DNA of 32,000 nt from Gemmata obscuriglobus. GTDB lineage: Bacteria; Planctomycetota; Planctomycetia; Gemmatales; Gemmataceae. Under the pieces are notes generated by a model that did no database searches, had not been told where the DNA came from, and saw only the letters and a program-made list of their open reading frames with translations. Both the position numbers and the translations under genes were made by a program. Positions 1-8,991 of the stretch are shown here, one piece after another. The DNA lies in assembly GCF_008065095.1 (NCBI RefSeq), contig NZ_CP042911.1, positions 1,110,001 through 1,142,000 on the forward strand, in the 5' to 3' direction. Within the stretch, counting starts at the first letter, position 1. Each line of letters starts with the position of its first letter.

Positions 1-735
1 GCGACCCTCGCCGAGCTGCGCGCCCGCCGCATCCCGATGTACGCGCACCCGCAGCACTACGCGTACATGGAGCGGGCCAGTTCGTTCGCCTCGTTCCGCG
101 CCGCGGGACTCGCGCGCGAGTACGGCGACGGCCGCCCGCTCGAACTCGCGCCGGGGCTCCGCTGCCTGCCGGTCCGCGTGTCGCACGACTCGGCCCCGAC
201 CTACGCGTTCCGCATCGACGGGTACGACGGCGAACGGCCGGAGCCCGCCTGGGCGGTCGGGTACGCCTCGGACCTGGGGTGCGGCTCGCCGGAACTGGTG
301 GCCGCGTTCACCGGGGTGGACGTGCTGGCGCTGGAGTACAACCACGACGAGCTGATGGAGCGCGCCAGCCCGCGGCCGAAGTTCCTCGTGGACCGCGTGC
401 TGAGCGACCTGGGGCACCTCTCGAACAAGCAGGCGGCGGAGCTGACCGCGACCATCGCGGGGCGCTCCGGCGAGGGGTTCCCGGGGCACCTGGTGCAGTT
501 GCACTTGAGCAAGGACTGCAACACGCCCGAGCTGGCGGCGGTGGCGGGGCGGGAGGCGCTGGTGGCGCTGAACCCGGCGACCGAGGTCGTCACCGCGCGC
601 CAGGACTACGCGATCGTCCCAATCACGCTCGCCCGGCGGCCGAACGCGGCCAACCGGGCGAGCGCGCGCGTGAACCGCCCCGCCCCGAAGCGCCGCACGG
701 TGCAGCCGTCGCTCCCCGGGTTCGACGACTGGTAG
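1..735 (+). CDS. MBL-fold metallo-hydrolase (YycJ/WalJ-like), C-terminal part; 5' end lies outside the window
   Basis: Frame 1 is open from base 1 (ATLAELRARRIP precedes the first Met at 37). Motifs LEYNHDELM, LSDLGHLSN and LVQLHLSKDCNTPELA match the C-terminal half of YycJ-type beta-lactamase-fold hydrolases. GC3 is high. Confidence 0.72.
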   Translation, partial: ATLAELRARRIPMYAHPQHYAYMERASSFASFRAAGLAREYGDGRPLELAPGLRCLPVRVSHDSAPTYAFRIDGYDGERPEPAWAVGYASDLGCGSPELVAAFTGVDVLALEYNHDELMERASPRPKFLVDRVLSDLGHLSNKQAAELTATIAGRSGEGFPGHLVQLHLSKDCNTPELAAVAGREALVALNPATEVVTARQDYAIVPITLARRPNAANRASARVNRPAPKRRTVQPSLPGFDDW

Positions 736-1017
736 CGGGTGCCTTCAGGAGACGGCCGGTGGAAGTGTTCAATCGCATCGCCCTACTTCTGCTCTAGCTC
801 GCGTTAACCGTTCGCTAAACCATCGTTCGGATCGTTGCGGTCCTGCTCCGCCAACGCCCGTGTTAGCCCCGGTGCGGCGCCATGGCAATTTGTGCCGGTT
901 GTGCCGGCCGATCGCCGGCCCCGTGTGTCACCCGTCCCCATGTGTCTCGACTCCGCGCGCCGATCGTGCCGAAAGTGAGGGTGCGTCGGATCACTTCACC
1001 CGCACGGAGGCGGAAAC

Positions 1018-1665
1018 ATGAAACGCTTATACCTCGCGGCGGTGGCGGGCTTGTGTGCGGTCGTGCCGGTGGGCGCTCAAGAGCGCGCCCTGGCACCGAC
1101 CGCGCCGGTGGTCCCGCCCCCGTCGCTGCACAACGGGAGCCTGGTCGCCCCGGCGGGCGCGTGGGGCGGCGGTGGCGGGATGCTCTCTCGCAGCAGTTGG
1201 GCGCCGGGGCGCGAGCTGGCGGGCACGAGCGACCGGGCGTACTTGGGCGCGGTGGCCGGGGTTCCGTGCGGCCCGGCCGGGTGCGGCACCGCGGAGCCGC
1301 GCCGCTCCTGCCTGGAGCGGATCAAGTCGTGGCTGTGCTTCCAGTACACGCCCACCGAACTGCCGAAAATGCGCCCGACCCCATACGTCACGCCGATTCA
1401 GGGGCTGCTCGGTTGCTCCTCGGGCGCCGGGTGCGCGCCGTGCGGGACGACCGGCGGCGGCTACCCGAGCGGGCAACCGGTGCCGCAACCGACCCCGCTG
1501 CCGGCGCCGATGAAGCCGCCCGCGGGCGCCGGCGCGGTGCTGATGCCCTCGCGCGGCACGCAGTGGATGATCGCACCGACCGAGTTCGGCACGGTGAAGC
1601 CCACCACCGCACAGAGCGCACCCGGACCGGTGGTGAACACCGGCTACCGCGCGCCGCAACGGTAA
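1018..1665 (+). CDS. secreted Cys/Gly/Pro-rich hypothetical protein
   Basis: GGAGG lies 7 nt upstream of the ATG at 1018. The N-terminal signal peptide is MKRLYLAAVAGLCAVVPVGAQE. This frame has the strongest G/C third-position bias among four overlapping ORFs. No family was recognised. Confidence 0.6.
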   Translation: MKRLYLAAVAGLCAVVPVGAQERALAPTAPVVPPPSLHNGSLVAPAGAWGGGGGMLSRSSWAPGRELAGTSDRAYLGAVAGVPCGPAGCGTAEPRRSCLERIKSWLCFQYTPTELPKMRPTPYVTPIQGLLGCSSGAGCAPCGTTGGGYPSGQPVPQPTPLPAPMKPPAGAGAVLMPSRGTQWMIAPTEFGTVKPTTAQSAPGPVVNTGYRAPQR

Positions 1666-1948
1666 GTTCCGTCAGACTTCCACCCACTTTAGCCCCGTGT
1701 GGCTTTTCCGCGCGGGTTCTGCCCGAATAGATGCACCGAGTGCGGCCCGCCGGTCCGCGCTCGGTTTGCGTAATGAGCGCCGCCGCGGCGGTCCCGTGGT
1801 CCGATGCGAGCCGCGCCCCGTATGAGGGCGCGAGAACGTGTCTCCGCAATACGATGCCGCGCGGGGCGTTCGGAACGAGCGGTGTTCGCCCGCCGCTGTG
1901 CCTCCTATCCTGAACTCCCGCCCATCCGCCCCATTTCGTGGAGCCCCG

Positions 1949-3424
1949 ATGCACGCCGGAACGGATTCTGCTGGCCCCAAGGAACCGGTGCCGGGCGCGC
2001 GATCGGCCCTCGCGCTGCTGCTGATCATCAACCTGTTCAACTACATCGACCGGCAGGTGCTGTCCGCGGTGCTCCCGCTGCTCCTGCTCGACGGCACCAT
2101 CATCGACCCGAACGACCCGGACCCGAACTTCAAGCTCGGGCTGCTGACCAGTGCGTTTCTGATCACGTACATGGTGTTCTCGCCGCTGTTCGGTTGGCTG
2201 GACGGACGGGGGGCGCGGCGGTGGGTAATCCTGGGCATCGGTGTCGTTTTCTGGAGCCTCGCGAGCGGTGCGAGCGGGCTGGCGACCGGATACGCTATGC
2301 TGCTGGCGACGCGGTGCCTGGTGGGCATCGGCGAGGCGGCGTATGCCCCGGTCGCGTCGGCAATGTTGTCGGACGCGTACCCGGCCAACCAGCGCGGTAA
2401 AGTGCTGGCGATCTTCAACCTCGCGGTCCCGGTCGGCAGCGCGCTGGGGTTCGGAATCGGGGGCGTGATCGCTTTACTCACTGGCGACTGGCGGCCGGCG
2501 TTCTGGTTCACGCTCTCGGGGCTACTGCTCGGCGCGTGGTGCTTTACCAAACGGGAGCTGCCGCGACCGCCGGTGCAGCCGCCGACCGATCGGCCATCGT
2601 ACTGGGCGGTTCTCGGCGGGCTCAAGCGGGTCCGCTCGTTCGTCCTGTGCTGCGCGGGGATGACCGCGATCACGTTCGTCACCGGCGGGGTCGGGGTGTG
2701 GGTGCCGGCGTACTTCTTTCAGCGCGAAGCGCGGTTTGAAGTCACCCCGGCGGCGCTGGCGAAGTTGGAAGGCGATTTACCCGCGGCCGACGTGAACAAG
2801 CTGCGCCCCCTGGCCGATGGCACCGAGCGGGCTTACCCGGAGATGCGCAAAGCGGTGGCCGCAGCCCTCGGCGAAGGAGAGAAGCGGCGCGCGGAGAAGG
2901 TGTTCCTGGCAACCGTCACCCCGACCTCACCGAACCCGGCCGGGTTGCCTATCATTTTCGGAGGCATTCTGGTGATCGGCGGTTTGACCGCGACGGCCGC
3001 CGGGGCTTGGCTCGGAGAGCGGCTCCGCACCCGGGGCACACGAGGGGCTTACTTTCTGGTGTGTGGCGGCGGTGCGGCGCTGGCTCTTCCGTTCTTCCTC
3101 GCCATGCTCTTCGCTCCTTTACCACTCGCCTGGGTGTTCACCTTCCTGACCATCTTTTGCCTGTTCCTCTACACCGGCCCGGGGAACGTGATCCTGGCGA
3201 ACGTAGTACGATCTGATGTGCGGGGCACCGCGTTCGCAATCAACGTGCTGGTCATCCACGCGCTGGGAGACGTTATCTCTCCGCCGCTGATCGGTACGGT
3301 CGGCGATCGCTATGGCCTTCAGACCGCGTTCGTACTCACGTCGGTGATGATCGCGGTCGGCGCGGTGCTGTGGCTGTGGGGCGTGAAGTTCCTCGACGCC
3401 GACACCGCTCAAGTTGAGGATTGA
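1949..3424 (+). CDS. MFS transporter (spinster-like)
   Basis: The product has 12-TM-like hydrophobic periodicity. The motif LINLFNYIDRQVLSAV, a GWLDGRGARR-type loop and RCLVGIGEAAYAPVA are typical of MFS_1. The internal ATG at 1949 (MHAGTDS...) is preferred over the ORF-track start at 1838. Confidence 0.85.
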   Translation: MHAGTDSAGPKEPVPGARSALALLLIINLFNYIDRQVLSAVLPLLLLDGTIIDPNDPDPNFKLGLLTSAFLITYMVFSPLFGWLDGRGARRWVILGIGVVFWSLASGASGLATGYAMLLATRCLVGIGEAAYAPVASAMLSDAYPANQRGKVLAIFNLAVPVGSALGFGIGGVIALLTGDWRPAFWFTLSGLLLGAWCFTKRELPRPPVQPPTDRPSYWAVLGGLKRVRSFVLCCAGMTAITFVTGGVGVWVPAYFFQREARFEVTPAALAKLEGDLPAADVNKLRPLADGTERAYPEMRKAVAAALGEGEKRRAEKVFLATVTPTSPNPAGLPIIFGGILVIGGLTATAAGAWLGERLRTRGTRGAYFLVCGGGAALALPFFLAMLFAPLPLAWVFTFLTIFCLFLYTGPGNVILANVVRSDVRGTAFAINVLVIHALGDVISPPLIGTVGDRYGLQTAFVLTSVMIAVGAVLWLWGVKFLDADTAQVED

Positions 3425-3449
3425 CCACACACGGTTGGTGTGTCGGTGC

Positions 3450-3728
3450 TTTGGCCTCTGCCGGAGCGCGGGCCTCTGGCCCGCTTGACGTTCGCGCCTC
3501 GATTCGATTCCGCGGGGACTCGGCGCTCACTCCAGACGCGTACCAGCGGGCCAGAGGCCCGCGCTCCGGCAAAGGCACGATCTTATTGGGTTTGGCCTCT
3601 GCCGGAGCGCGGGCCTCTGGCCCGCTTGACGTTCGCGCCTCGATTCGATTCCGCGGGGACTCGGCGCTCACTCCAGACGCGTACCAGCGGGCCAGAGGCC
3701 CGCGCTCCGGCAAAGGCACGATCCTATC
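3450..3728. repeat. two tandem copies of a 141-bp unit, each able to fold into a long hairpin
   Basis: Unit 1 is about 3450-3590 and unit 2 about 3591-3728; they are near-identical except at the 3' ends (gatcttattggg vs gatcctatcgg). In unit 1 the arm 3460-3485 (GCCGGAGCGCGGGCCTCTGGCCCGCT) is the perfect reverse complement of 3545-3570, with a 59-nt loop. The array starts 26 nt after the MFS stop codon. Confidence 0.9.
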
Positions 3729-4011
3729 GGATTTCGAGTGGGCACCGCTTGCGGCGTTCAGGCGCCGCATGAGTTCTCGACCAACCGCTCCCCATGCGGC
3801 TGCTTGCCTGCTACGCGAGCAGAGAACGGGTATTAAGGCCACATGGGAACTGTGACCAATTAATGAGAAACAACGTGGCTCGCGTGTGCGCAAAACCGCT
3901 ATTACGCTAGCGGATCGGCATGAAAGCGCCCTGGTTGTGACGAGACGTGTGAGCTATCATAGATTGTGGTCCGTTGATTAGTTTACCTCATTGGTCTCTC
4001 CCGAGGTTTTC

Positions 4012-4992
4012 ATGTCCGTTTCGTCCCACCTCCGGCGGCGCCGGGGGTTCACACTCATTGAATTGCTGGTGGTGATCGCGATCATCGCGATCCTGATCGG
4101 GCTGCTGCTGCCCGCGGTGCAAAAGGTGCGTGAGGCCGCCGCACGCATGAAGTGCCAGAACAACTTCAAGCAGATCGGTCTGGCCTGCCACACCTACCAC
4201 GACACGTACTCCACGCTCCCGCCCGCCACCGCCGCCTCCGGCAACAAGTGGGGCTGGGGCTCCTTCATCCTGCCCTACGTCGAGCAGGGCGCCCTGTACT
4301 CGACGCTCGGCTCGCCCACCCCGGCGACGACCACGGACATGCCGACCCCGTCCGCTCAGCCGCTGATGCAGACGAAGCTGAGCGTGTACCTGTGCCCGTC
4401 GGACCCGAACGACAACAACCCGAACACGTTCTACCCGATCGGCGGGGCCGGGTACGGGAAGAGCAACTACGTGGCGATGGCCGGGGTGATGGACGGCGCC
4501 GGCAGCGGGCGCGACAAGACCAAGATCCAGGGCATCCAGGACGGGTCGAGCAACACGTTCATGATCGGCGAGCGGGACAGCAAGCTGCTGATGGGCTCCA
4601 TCTGGGCGGGCCGGACCACGCACACCGGCGGGGTGAACGTCGCCATCGCCGTCTGGAAGCCGAACACCCCGTGGGCCGGCGGGTACAACACGAAGCCGAC
4701 CACGTGCTGCGGCAACGAGACCACCAACAACTGGCCGGGCGAAGTGTCGGGCCGCGACCCGTGCCTCCGCCTGGGCATCTCCAGCGGGCACACCGGCGGG
4801 GCCAACTTCGGGTTCTGCGACGGCTCGGTCCGCTTCGTGCGCGACTCGATTGAGACCTCGCCCACCGCAAAGGGGCAGCCGGCACTGGACCCGGCGTCCA
4901 CCGGCGCCACCGGGTGCCTGCCGGGCAAGACCAACTTCCTGTACCAGAAGCTCATGTTCGCGGACGACGGTTTCCCGATCGGCGACTTCTAA
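4012..4992 (+). CDS. DUF1559 / H-X9-DG protein with prepilin-type N-terminal cleavage/methylation domain
   Basis: The N-terminus RRGFTLIELLVVIAIIAILIGLLLPAVQKVREAA is a type IV pilin-like methylation motif. The C-terminal HTGGANFGFCDGSVRFV is the H-X9-DG signature. ATG at 4012 was chosen; a TTG at 3991 is also possible. Confidence 0.9.
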   Translation: MSVSSHLRRRRGFTLIELLVVIAIIAILIGLLLPAVQKVREAAARMKCQNNFKQIGLACHTYHDTYSTLPPATAASGNKWGWGSFILPYVEQGALYSTLGSPTPATTTDMPTPSAQPLMQTKLSVYLCPSDPNDNNPNTFYPIGGAGYGKSNYVAMAGVMDGAGSGRDKTKIQGIQDGSSNTFMIGERDSKLLMGSIWAGRTTHTGGVNVAIAVWKPNTPWAGGYNTKPTTCCGNETTNNWPGEVSGRDPCLRLGISSGHTGGANFGFCDGSVRFVRDSIETSPTAKGQPALDPASTGATGCLPGKTNFLYQKLMFADDGFPIGDF

Positions 4993-5012
4993 CCCCACCT
5001 GCGGAGGCACAC

Positions 5013-5417
5013 GTGCGTGCATTAGCTGGGGCCGGTTTGGCCCTGATTTGTGCCGCCCTCGCCGGGTGCGGGGGCGGCGGTGGGTCGGCGGTCGAAGGCG
5101 CCGTCACTTACGACGGCACCCCGGTGAAAGCCGGCGCCATCTCCTTCATCGCGGCCGACACCAAGGGCGGCGGGAGCGGGGGGGCGGCGATCGTGGACGG
5201 CACCTACAAGATTCCCGGGGAGCCCGGGCTCAAGCCCGGAAAGTACAAGGTCGAGATCCGGTGGGCGAAGCCGACCGGGAAGAAGTTCAAGAGCGAGTCC
5301 GGCGACATGCTCGACATGACCGAAGAGGGGCTGCCGGAGAAGTACCACATCAAGTCGGAACTGACCGCCGAAGTGACGTCCGGTCCGAACAAGATCGACT
5401 TCACTCTCGCGAAGTGA
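5013..5417 (+). CDS. small lipoprotein, beta-sandwich (carboxypeptidase-regulatory-like) partner of the DUF1559 gene
   Basis: GTG at 5013 has GGAGG 5 nt upstream (5003-5007). The lipobox is LALICAALAGC followed by GGGGG. It starts 20 nt after the DUF1559 stop, so it is probably co-transcribed. The ORF-track start at 4914 would overlap the upstream gene. Confidence 0.72.
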   Translation: MRALAGAGLALICAALAGCGGGGGSAVEGAVTYDGTPVKAGAISFIAADTKGGGSGGAAIVDGTYKIPGEPGLKPGKYKVEIRWAKPTGKKFKSESGDMLDMTEEGLPEKYHIKSELTAEVTSGPNKIDFTLAK

Positions 5418-5422
5418 CCGCC

Positions 5423-5454
5423 ACCGGCCCCGAATGGGGCCGGTTCTCATTTCG
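5423..5454 (+). terminator. candidate intrinsic terminator
   Basis: ACCGGCCCC-GAAT-GGGGCCGGT forms a 9-bp GC stem with a 4-nt loop, followed by TCTCATTTCGG. It begins 6 nt after the lipoprotein stop codon. Confidence 0.45.
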
Positions 5455-5609
5455 GCCCCCACGCCGACTCACACCCGATTCGCGGTTATGGCGACTGGGA
5501 CACGGACTGGCCGTTCGCTACCAACCGACTGGCCACAAGCGGGTCATTCGCTGGGCGGTTGCTACCGCGCGAATCGCACCCTCCGAACCCGATCCAACCC
5601 GCGCAAGTG

Positions 5610-6581
5610 CTAACGCAACCGAAGCACCTGCCAGGTCACGAACCCGATATGAGCCGCAAACAGTAACACCCCCTCCCACCGCGGCACGCGCCCGTTGAGC
5701 AGCGCGGGCGACACGAGGGCGGCGCTCAGCACCATCGCGGGCACTTCGTAGAGGATGGCGTGTTCGGTCAGCACGAGCGGGCGCACCAGCGCAACCGCAC
5801 CGACCACCAGCGACACATTGAACAGAGGCGGACCGACCGCTAACCCCAGCGCAACATCCGGGCGCCCGCGTCGAACGGCAAGCACCGCCGCCACCAGCGC
5901 CGGTAAGGCGGTGCCGAACGCCGCGAGCGTCATTCCGGTGACCGGCGTACTGAGCCTCAATCCGACCGCCGCGTGGAGGAACGCCCCGGAAGCGAGCCAC
6001 GCCCCGCTCGCGACCGCAGCCAGTCCCGTCAGCGAAAGCAGCCCTGCAACCCACACCGGCATTCGTTCCGGCACCCACCCGGCGAGCGCGGCCCGCACAT
6101 CCGGCAGCTCTCTCCGTGCGGCGCGGGCGAGCAGCACCAGCGCGACGACGGCTGCCATCAGGAGGATAGCGGCATCCGGGCGCGAGATCGCTTTGTCAGC
6201 CGCGAGGAACCAGAACAACAGGGCCATCGTGAACAGAAGCGGAATCGCAGTACCGAACAGCCGCGCCGATACCGTTACGGGACGCACGAGCGCCGCCACG
6301 CCGAGCACGAGCAGCGAACTGGCGATGTTCCCACCAATTACGGTTGCGAGAGCGGCAGCGTCCAGCCGGCGGGCCTCCAGTGCCGCGGCCGGCCGGATCA
6401 CGAGGGCCAGTGCGAGAGCGAACCCCGAAACGCACGGCCCGAGCCCGATCGCGACCAACCCGACCGCAAACGCTCCGCGCCCGGTCGCGCGGTCCAGGCG
6501 CGCCGCCCCGGCCACCAGCGCCCCGCTCCCGACCGCGAGCAGCACCAGCCCGACCGCGAACAAGATCCCGTGTTCCGCCAT
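5610..6581 (-). CDS. Na+/Ca2+ exchanger family (CaCA, YrbG-like) membrane protein
   Basis: The polytopic membrane protein starts at MAEHGILFAVGLVLLAVGSG. It has two homologous halves carrying alpha-repeat-like segments (GNIASSLLVLG and GTALPALVAAV). ATG at 6581 was chosen; the upstream 147 codons of the ORF-track entry have poor coding character. Confidence 0.78.
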   Translation of the reverse strand: MAEHGILFAVGLVLLAVGSGALVAGAARLDRATGRGAFAVGLVAIGLGPCVSGFALALALVIRPAAALEARRLDAAALATVIGGNIASSLLVLGVAALVRPVTVSARLFGTAIPLLFTMALLFWFLAADKAISRPDAAILLMAAVVALVLLARAARRELPDVRAALAGWVPERMPVWVAGLLSLTGLAAVASGAWLASGAFLHAAVGLRLSTPVTGMTLAAFGTALPALVAAVLAVRRGRPDVALGLAVGPPLFNVSLVVGAVALVRPLVLTEHAILYEVPAMVLSAALVSPALLNGRVPRWEGVLLFAAHIGFVTWQVLRLR

Positions 6582-6741
6582 ACGCCCCTCGGTCCGGCCG
6601 TTCGTGTCACGGAATGTAACAGATTCTGTTGCTGCGGCAAACTTTGCGCGGCGTCGTGGCGTCGGAATACGGCACCGGCGGGCGAACGCTGCGGTGCGAC
6701 CACTCCCGCCCCACACGGGGCCGTTAACGAGGGCCTGTGCG

Positions 6742-8985
6742 ATGTCGAAGGCGAAATGGCTGCTGTGGGCGGCGCCGGTGGCGGGCGCGGTGGGCCTGGG
6801 CGTGTGCGTGGACCAGTGGCTCAGCGCCGCCGGGGAGGCCAAGCAGGACCTGAAGCCGGCGGTGTCGCTGCCGATCAGCCGGGTGGTGCTGTTCAACAGC
6901 GGGGTCGGGTACTTCTCGCGGTCCGGCGAGGTGGAGGGGGACGCGCGGGTGGACCTGACGTTCCCGGAGGGGGACGTGAACGACCTGCTCAAGAGCATGG
7001 TGCTGGAGGACTTCAGCCCCACCGGGCGGGTGAGCGCGGTGAGCTACGACAGCCGGGAGCCGATCGCCCGCACCCTCAGCTCGTTCGCCATCAACCTGAC
7101 CGGGAGCCCGACGTTCGCGGGCATCCTGGGGCAGTTGCGCGGGGAGCGGGTGGAGGTGGCGGTGAGCGCCACCGCGGCGAACCAGCCGGGCAAGCTGTCC
7201 GGCACCATCGTGGGGATCGAGAAGCAGCGGGTGCCGGCGGGCACCCAGGTGCTCGACGCCGAGGTGCTGAACCTGTGGTGCGCGGAGGGCATGCGGGCGG
7301 TGAGGCTGGGGGACGTGCAGACGCTGCGGTTCAGCAACCCGGTGATCGAGTCCGAGTTCCGCCGGGCGCTGGACGTGCTGGCGCTGTCGCACGACAGCCA
7401 GAAGAAGTCGGTGAGCCTGCACTTCGCGGGGGACGGGCGGCGGCGGGTGCAGGTGGGGTACGTGACCGAGGCCCCGATCTGGAAGACCAGCTACCGGCTG
7501 TTGCTGGACGCGGGCAACAAGGAGAAGCCGTACCTGCAGGGCTGGGCCATGGTGGAGAACCCGACCGACGAGGACTGGGCCGGGGTCAAGATGGCGCTCG
7601 TGTCGGGGCGCCCCATCAGCTTCAAGATGGACCTGTACAACCCGCTGTACGTCAACCGCCCCACCGTCGAGCCCGAACTGTTCGCCTCGCTCCGCCCCGT
7701 TACGTACTCCGGAAGCCTCAAGGAATCCGAGTGGCTCGCCCGGAACCCGCGTGGGTGGAGCGAGGGAGGACCGGCCGGACCGGGGCAGCCAGCCGGCGCG
7801 GGCGGCGGGCGCGGGGGATTTGCGGGCGGCGCAGCCAACCGCCCGGCCGCGCCAAGCGCCAAGGGTGGGATGCCGGCACCGAAATTCGACGCCCCCGAGG
7901 CCGACGCGTTCCGGCGCTCCGTGAGTGCGAATGACGAACAAAACCGGTTCGCGAAGAACTCCGCCGCGGAACTGGTCCAGCAAATGGGCCGGGGCACGGT
8001 GGGGAACGCGGCCACGTCGGGCGCGCTGGGGGACTTCTTCCAGTACACGATCGACCACCCGGTAACGCTCCCGCGGCAGAAGAGCGCGCTGCTGCCGATC
8101 GTGGGCAAGGAGGTGGAGGGCGCGCGGGTGAGCATCTACAACCCGGCGGTGCAGGCCAAGCACCCGCTCCTGGGGCTGCGGTTCAAGAACACGTCGGGGG
8201 CGCACCTGAACCAGGGGCCGGTGACGGTATTCGAGGGGAGCGTGTACGCGGGCGACACCCGGGTGCTGGACGTGCAGCCGAACGAGGAGCGGCTGGTGAG
8301 CTACGCCATCGACCTGGGCACCGAGGTGGACCCCACGGCCGGGGCCGGCCGGCAGCAGATCACCCGCGTCAAGGCGGTCAAGGGGATCGTCCACACGGTC
8401 ACCCAGGTGACCGAGGAGAAGACGTACCGGATCGCCAACCGCAGCGCCACCGACCGCACCGTGCTGATCGAGCACCCGAACCGCACCGCCCAGCAGGTGA
8501 AGCTGGTGGACACCCCCAAGCCGGTCGACGACACCCCCGAGGTGCTCCGGTTTCAGGCCGCCGTGGCCGCCGGGCAGACGACCACGTTCACCGTCAAGGA
8601 GCAGCGCGACGTTGCCACCACCATCGCGCTGAGCAACGGGGCCGAGGACCAGATCCGGTACTTCCTGAGCCTCAACGAGGCCACGCCGGCGCTCAAGAAG
8701 AAGCTGGCCGAGGCGCTGCAGATCAAGGACGGGTGGGACGGGGCGGTGCGGGAGCTGCGGCAGGTGCAGGAGGAGCTGCGGCGGCTCACCGCGGACCAGG
8801 ACCGGATTCGCAAGAACCTGCGCGAGACCCCGCGGGAGGCCGAGGTGTACGCCACGTATCTAAAGAAGCTGTCCGACCAGGAGAAGGAGATCGACGCGCT
8901 GACCGCCAAGGAGAAGCAGCACACCGCCGCCGAGTTCGCCGCCCGCAAGAAGTACGAGGACTACCTCGCCAACATCTCCGACTGA
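6742..8985 (+). CDS. membrane-anchored DUF4139-like protein with a G/P/A-rich linker and C-terminal coiled coil
   Basis: GAGGG lies 8 nt upstream of the ATG at 6742. The N-terminal anchor is MSKAKWLLWAAPVAGAVGLGV. The beta-rich body resembles the DUF4140/DUF4139 (TIGR02231-like) architecture, but this was recalled by eye and not searched. The heptad-like C-terminus is ELRQVQEELRRLTADQDRIRKNL. The 329 upstream codons of the ORF-track entry are antisense to the CaCA gene. Confidence 0.75.
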   Translation: MSKAKWLLWAAPVAGAVGLGVCVDQWLSAAGEAKQDLKPAVSLPISRVVLFNSGVGYFSRSGEVEGDARVDLTFPEGDVNDLLKSMVLEDFSPTGRVSAVSYDSREPIARTLSSFAINLTGSPTFAGILGQLRGERVEVAVSATAANQPGKLSGTIVGIEKQRVPAGTQVLDAEVLNLWCAEGMRAVRLGDVQTLRFSNPVIESEFRRALDVLALSHDSQKKSVSLHFAGDGRRRVQVGYVTEAPIWKTSYRLLLDAGNKEKPYLQGWAMVENPTDEDWAGVKMALVSGRPISFKMDLYNPLYVNRPTVEPELFASLRPVTYSGSLKESEWLARNPRGWSEGGPAGPGQPAGAGGGRGGFAGGAANRPAAPSAKGGMPAPKFDAPEADAFRRSVSANDEQNRFAKNSAAELVQQMGRGTVGNAATSGALGDFFQYTIDHPVTLPRQKSALLPIVGKEVEGARVSIYNPAVQAKHPLLGLRFKNTSGAHLNQGPVTVFEGSVYAGDTRVLDVQPNEERLVSYAIDLGTEVDPTAGAGRQQITRVKAVKGIVHTVTQVTEEKTYRIANRSATDRTVLIEHPNRTAQQVKLVDTPKPVDDTPEVLRFQAAVAAGQTTTFTVKEQRDVATTIALSNGAEDQIRYFLSLNEATPALKKKLAEALQIKDGWDGAVRELRQVQEELRRLTADQDRIRKNLRETPREAEVYATYLKKLSDQEKEIDALTAKEKQHTAAEFAARKKYEDYLANISD

Positions 8986-8991
8986 TCGAGC

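Noticed and set aside
3450-3728. Possible CRISPR array
   Set aside because: There are only two units of 141 bp, directly abutting with no unique spacers. The units are far longer than CRISPR repeats, and no cas genes are present in the window.
3336-3893. ORFs 3421..3855 (+), 3440..3772 (+) and 3336..3893 (-) across the tandem hairpin repeat
   Set aside because: Both strands give mirror-like repeated peptides because the DNA is palindromic and duplicated. There is no RBS and no codon bias, so the region is treated as non-coding repeat.
3935-3965. Sigma-70-like promoter (TTGTGA ... TATCAT/TAGATT) upstream of the DUF1559 gene
   Set aside because: The spacer lengths (14 or 19 nt) do not fit, and planctomycetal promoter consensus is poorly defined. 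The match is too weak to annotate.
5755-6741. N-terminal 329 codons of the 1076-aa ORF 5755..8985
   Set aside because: This part is exactly antisense to the CaCA membrane-protein gene and has an Ala/Ser/Arg/Thr-rich low-complexity composition. A good RBS, ATG and membrane anchor occur at 6742. It is a long open antisense frame of the kind expected in very GC-rich DNA.
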